Assembly: GCA_963736115.1 (NCBI GenBank)
Contig: CAVTNR010000017.1
Span: forward strand, 32,001 to 96,000
Direction: 5' to 3'
Source of the DNA: an uncultured bacterium
Lineage (GTDB): Bacteria > Zhuqueibacterota > QNDG01 > DTFT01
Length of the DNA stretch: 64,000 nt
The translations under genes and the position numbers were made by a program. The notes under the pieces are model-generated. The model did not search any database. It was given only the letters and a program-made list of their open reading frames with translations, and was not told the origin of the DNA. Of the stretch, positions 59,950 to 64,000 are shown in pieces. The number at the start of each line of letters is the position of its first letter. Position 1 is the stretch's first letter.

Positions 59950-60942
59950 TTATTTCAGGTAAAGCACCTTCTGCGATTGGAACAGACCGCCGGCCCGCAG
60001 GAGGATCATGTACACACCCGCAGGGACCGGAAGCCCTGCGTCATCCGCAGCGTTCCAGGTGTAATCGTATGTGCCTGCTTTTTTCGCGGCTCTGGAAATC
60101 AGCTGACGGACGACGCGTCCGTTCGAATCCAGAATCGAGAGGGAGACATTGGAATCATCCGTTACGCTGAAGGAAATCCGGGTTTCGGGATTGAAGGGAT
60201 TGGGAAACGCGGGGGACAGCCGGGTTTCGGTGGGCAGGGCGGTTCTGGTGTAAACAATCCGGATCTCGTGCCGTACCGTGGTTTTGCCGTCCGTGTCCGT
60301 GTCTGAAATACGGTATTCGTAACTATGGCCGGGCATGGCCGTAAAGTCGAGGTAGCGGTATTCTGTCCGTGCTGAGGCGTCGCCGCGTCCGGCCAGAGAT
60401 GGATTGGCCGTGTAATCGGACAGGACCGTCCATTCGGACGATGTTTCCTCCCTGCGCTCAATGCCGAATCCGAGGTTTCCGCACTCCGATTCCGTCGCCC
60501 ATGTCAGAAGGATGCCGCCGGCCGCGGCCCTTCCGGAAAATGCGGCGAGGCCGACCGAGAGCGGCACGTCGGTGGCGAAGGATTCTTCGGAACCGTAAAT
60601 CATTCCCGTGCCCGGTACGAACATGGAGATTCTGTAATAGTAAGTCTCGCCGGATGTCAGGCCCGTGAGCGAATATGTGAAATTTTCGCCGAAAGAGGGG
60701 CCGACCAGGGGGCTCTCAGCAGCATCGTAGAAATCCGCGTAGGTTCCGGATTCGGTTCCGACTTCAAACTGGATCGGACAATTCTCGTCAAGAAACATGC
60801 TGGCATAACCGTTCAGCACTGCGGACACATTGGTGATACCGGTCGCCGGATCGGTCTGGATGGTCCAGGGGGCCGTATAACCCGGGTAAAATGCCGCGAG
60901 GAATACGATTCCCGTGAAGGCGGTACTGAACTTCCGTCTCAT
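59950..60942 (-). CDS. T9SS cargo with an Fn3-like domain and a FlgD-type CTD
   Basis: Signal peptide, VPLSVGLAAF..LTWATESE..NLGF, AFPNPFNP..KVLYLK. Confidence 0.82.
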   Translation of the reverse strand: MRRKFSTAFTGIVFLAAFYPGYTAPWTIQTDPATGITNVSAVLNGYASMFLDENCPIQFEVGTESGTYADFYDAAESPLVGPSFGENFTYSLTGLTSGETYYYRISMFVPGTGMIYGSEESFATDVPLSVGLAAFSGRAAAGGILLTWATESECGNLGFGIERREETSSEWTVLSDYTANPSLAGRGDASARTEYRYLDFTAMPGHSYEYRISDTDTDGKTTVRHEIRIVYTRTALPTETRLSPAFPNPFNPETRISFSVTDDSNVSLSILDSNGRVVRQLISRAAKKAGTYDYTWNAADDAGLPVPAGVYMILLRAGGLFQSQKVLYLK

Positions 60943-61018
60943 TTTTTTCTCCGGATAAGCGGTACGTGGAAGGGGATAGAGAAGATATCAATAAATACCT
61001 GTAATAGCAAGCGTATTT

Positions 61019-61147
61019 TCCCGGACCGCATCCGATGTCCACGATCGACGCGGGATCCGCAAGTGCGATCCTTCCGACCAGATCGATCGAAGGACGGGTG
61101 CGTTCGTTCCCGAATTTCAGATAGGCGTCCGGATTCCAGCCGGTCAT
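61019..61147 (-). pseudogene. tam: 5' remnant of trans-aconitate 2-methyltransferase
   Basis: WNPDAYLKFGNERTRPSIDL..IVDIGCGPG, after which homology stops abruptly. Confidence 0.75.
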
Positions 61148-61193
61148 CGATTTTTCTCCCGGATCGGGCGGATCCGTTTCAGGGGCGGGTCCT

Positions 61194-61889
61194 TCAACCG
61201 CGGATCGCCGGTTTCATGCCGCCGTACACGGCGTAATTGTAATACTTCCAGACCACGTCCACATCCGTGAACCCGATATCTTCCAGCCATCCCAGCTGGT
61301 CCGTCAGCCGGGCCGGCTTGTCCTCCTCACGGTACTTGGCCAGCCATTTGTTTTCGATTTCGTCCGGAGAGACGCTTTGACGCATGAAAGCTTTCCATTT
61401 TTCCATGTACCGGTTCTGGAGGTCTTCGTTCGAAGCCAAGACCACGTCCGCGTTGTAGAAAACCCCGCCGGCCGCGAGTGATTCGAAGAGCTTCCGGTAA
61501 AAATCCTGCTTGTCTCCGTCTGATGCCAGGTGGTGCAGGGCGAGTGATGAGACCACGGCGTCCTGTTCCGCGTCGAAATCGTATGCATTGAAATCCGCCC
61601 GAACGAAGCGTATATCCGGATGGTCCGACAGCCTGTTTTTCGCCATTTCGAGCATGTTGGCCGCAAGGTCGACGCATGTGACGGACGCGTTCGGGAAGTT
61701 TTGCAGGACCCGCGCCGCGACCGTTCCGGTCCCGCAGCCCAGGTCCGTCACCCGGATGGGCCGTGTCGATTCGAAGGGCAGAGCGGAAACCAGGGCGTCC
61801 ACCATTTCCGAATAGTGCGGGATGAGTCGCAGGATGATGCCGTCGAATTCAGCCGCTTCCTCTTCGAAATGTTTCCGGATCCGGTCCAT
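61194..61889 (-). CDS. Class I SAM-dependent methyltransferase (CmoA-like)
   Basis: LIPHY, DLGCGTG, SSLALHHL, GGVFYNAD. Confidence 0.88.
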   Translation of the reverse strand: MDRIRKHFEEEAAEFDGIILRLIPHYSEMVDALVSALPFESTRPIRVTDLGCGTGTVAARVLQNFPNASVTCVDLAANMLEMAKNRLSDHPDIRFVRADFNAYDFDAEQDAVVSSLALHHLASDGDKQDFYRKLFESLAAGGVFYNADVVLASNEDLQNRYMEKWKAFMRQSVSPDEIENKWLAKYREEDKPARLTDQLGWLEDIGFTDVDVVWKYYNYAVYGGMKPAIRG

Positions 61890-62273
61890 TCAGGATTTCC
61901 TCCGGTTGACCTGGAACTCGATCAGTTCCACCGGGGCGCCGTTGTCGAGTATCATGGCGGTGCGGACCCCTTCGGAAGGGGAACACACTTCGCCGATCCG
62001 TGTCCATCCTCGAAGCGCGGCGTCCAGATCATCCACTTCGAAAGCCAGATGCGGAACCGTCTTGATGATTTCCGGCAGGGGGCAGTCCGGGTCGAAGCGC
62101 ATCCATTCGATTCCGAACGGGCTGGTCTCGAACCCGAAAACGTGGAACTTCAAGTGCGGCAGGTACCGCTCCCCCGGACGGGGAACGGATGTGGGAATGC
62201 CCAGATGATGGTATCGCCAGCCCAGCCGAGAGACGGCGAAAGGGGGCTCGTGATCGAGACGTTTGTCCGACAT
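61890..62273 (-). CDS. VOC/glyoxalase-like protein
   Basis: YHHLGIP, HLAFEVDDL, GAPVELIE. Confidence 0.7.
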   Translation of the reverse strand: MSDKRLDHEPPFAVSRLGWRYHHLGIPTSVPRPGERYLPHLKFHVFGFETSPFGIEWMRFDPDCPLPEIIKTVPHLAFEVDDLDAALRGWTRIGEVCSPSEGVRTAMILDNGAPVELIEFQVNRRKS

Positions 62274-62278
62274 GGCTC

Positions 62279-62452
62279 TCAGGCCTGATCCTGTTTCATC
62301 CAGAACGGGGCAGTGAGGAACCAGAGGAACATGCCAGCGGCCATGAGGCCGTAATGCGTCTGCATCGAAATGACGCCGCGGAAAACGAGCAGGCTTGGAA
62401 CCAGCGTCAGTCCCAGGGCGACGGCCGAGGCTGCCTTCAGAAGCGTCTTCAT
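62279..62452 (-). CDS. Small 2-TM membrane protein coupled to the permease
   Basis: ATGA overlap with the permease stop; two hydrophobic helices; WFLTAPFWM end. Confidence 0.7.
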   Translation of the reverse strand: MKTLLKAASAVALGLTLVPSLLVFRGVISMQTHYGLMAAGMFLWFLTAPFWMKQDQA

Positions 62453-63849
62453 TCGGCGCCTCCTTTCAGGGATAGCACCCGTCTCTGCTGGAACGCGGCC
62501 AGAACGATATAAAGAATAACCGCAATGAACCACCCCGGAAGTCCCTTGAAGAAAATTTCCACGTCGAGAGCAAACACGACGGACAGGGCGCCCATCCAGG
62601 CCGCGAAAACCGGCCATCCGAAGAGGATGCGGTGTTTCTCGGCGTAATACGGCTGCAGGCCCAGCCTGGGGAAGATCCAGAAATCAGCGAAGATCACCGC
62701 GCCGATGGGCATGAGAATGAGGCCGTACAGGGCCACGAAATCCAGGAGCATCATCATGAACGCGGGGAAGAGAGCCGCGACCGTGGTGATCATTCCCGCG
62801 GCCAGCGTGACCCGCCAGCGTTTCCAGCCCGGCGTGACGGTCTGCAGGGCAAGGCCCGCGCGGTACAGGGTCGGGTTGGCCGTGGTCCATCCCGCGATGA
62901 CCACCGAGGCGGCGCCCGCGAGGCCCGCGCCCATCAGCGCGATGGGGCCCGGGGCCACACTGCCGAGCGCGGCGGCGCACAGGATGCCGGACGCGATCCA
63001 GGCGACATAGTGGCCGATGAACATGCCGAACGCGCTGGTGAATCCGACTGTCCACTTTTTCGCGAACCGCATGATCGACAGGTCCGCCATGCCGATGTGC
63101 ATGGCCATGTTGCAGAACCACGAGAAAAACAGGATGTGCCAGAACGTGAACCGCGACTGCCCCGCCAGCGGCACGCCGGTCCAGATCTTTTCGTTGGCGA
63201 CCCGCCAGAAATCGGACGGCGCATGCACGCCCAGCGAGGGCAGGACGGCGATCGCCGCGGCGATGAAAACCAGGGACATCCACGGGGCCGATATCTTCCC
63301 GAAGCGGGCGATTTTCTCGAAACCGAAAATGGCGAAGGCCGTCACGACGAGGCCGACGGCCAGAACCGTCACCACCCATTCGGGACTCGTCGGCAGACGG
63401 TCCGTGAGGGCCGGCATCCGGAGCCCGAAGGGAAGCCCAATGGCCGTGGCCGAGACGGATATCATGGCGCCCGCCAGAAAACAGTACATCATGGCGTTGA
63501 CCGCATTGTAGAGAAAGCTCACCCAGGGGCCGGCCACCTTGCGCAGCTGCCAGTACAGGTTGAGGCGGGTCCGGACCGCGATCGGCGCGGTCAGAAAGGC
63601 CCAGCTGAGCACGGCGAGAATGTTCCCCGCGAGCAGGCCTAGAAACAGGTCGGCCGCCCTTACGCCATGAGCCACGAAGAGCGGGCCGATGACGTATTCC
63701 GTGCCTGCCACATGCTCTCCGGAGAAGAGACCGATGAAACTGGATGTGCCGTGCAGTTTCGACTCCGGGACGGGCTCCCGGTCGAATTCGTTGAGTTTGT
63801 CAAGCGTCTCGATGACGCGTCGGCCCCTGGCCGCAGACATGGATGTCAT
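62449..63849 (-). CDS. NCS1/cytosine-permease-like transporter
   Basis: About 12 TM; EFDREPV, GEHVAGTEYVIG, GWTTANPTLYRAGLA. Confidence 0.8.
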   Translation of the reverse strand: MTSMSAARGRRVIETLDKLNEFDREPVPESKLHGTSSFIGLFSGEHVAGTEYVIGPLFVAHGVRAADLFLGLLAGNILAVLSWAFLTAPIAVRTRLNLYWQLRKVAGPWVSFLYNAVNAMMYCFLAGAMISVSATAIGLPFGLRMPALTDRLPTSPEWVVTVLAVGLVVTAFAIFGFEKIARFGKISAPWMSLVFIAAAIAVLPSLGVHAPSDFWRVANEKIWTGVPLAGQSRFTFWHILFFSWFCNMAMHIGMADLSIMRFAKKWTVGFTSAFGMFIGHYVAWIASGILCAAALGSVAPGPIALMGAGLAGAASVVIAGWTTANPTLYRAGLALQTVTPGWKRWRVTLAAGMITTVAALFPAFMMMLLDFVALYGLILMPIGAVIFADFWIFPRLGLQPYYAEKHRILFGWPVFAAWMGALSVVFALDVEIFFKGLPGWFIAVILYIVLAAFQQRRVLSLKGGAE

Positions 63850-63867
63850 CCTTTCGATGGGTCCGGT

Positions 63868-64000
63868 TCAGATCCGCTTCGACAGCACACCGTTTTCGTA
63901 GGCTTTCACGTCAGCGATCCAGGTACCGGCCGGGGGCGCGCCCTGCGATTCGCAGAACATGTCCCAAACGGCGCCGATGGGCATCAGTCGGCTCTCCTCG
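63868..64000 (-). CDS. rhaA: C-terminus of L-rhamnose isomerase (partial)
   Basis: ESRLMPIGAVWDMFCESQGAP..WIADVKAYENGVLSKRI matches the RhaA C-terminal pattern. Confidence 0.75.
   Translation of the reverse strand, partial: EESRLMPIGAVWDMFCESQGAPPAGTWIADVKAYENGVLSKRI

Overview
GC-rich genomic fragment from a diderm bacterium with a type IX secretion system (porV plus five C-terminal-sorting-domain cargo genes). The gene content resembles FCB-group lineages such as KSB1, Calditrichaeota or Ignavibacteria; this is an inference. The left half holds two paralogous surface-protein loci. (A) A giant T9SS-sorted adhesin of about 4390 aa with about 25 InlB-B/Flg_new repeats and a degenerate GH99-like domain, split by a probable 1-nt sequencing frameshift at about 10090. 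(B) A five-gene DUF11/outer-membrane-barrel operon (18049-32815) whose split DUF11 half-domains suggest a pilus-like fibre built by donor-strand complementation and intermolecular Lys-Asn isopeptide bonds (tip, chaperone, major subunit, base, OM pore). Both loci start with a small paralogous ORF carrying NKYRSDKKEYR and a non-canonical sigma54-type promoter (TGGCA-N6-TTGA). The right half has a porV/Omp85-like cluster, a REP-associated tyrosine transposase with several REP families and an 88-bp MITE, lipoproteins, fabF, an NtrC-type regulator paired with an FG-GAP/ASPIC histidine kinase, lipid enzymes, superoxide reductase, a radical SAM protein, methyltransferases, an NCS1 permease and the 3' end of rhaA. 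All family assignments come from motif recognition by eye; no database searches were run.
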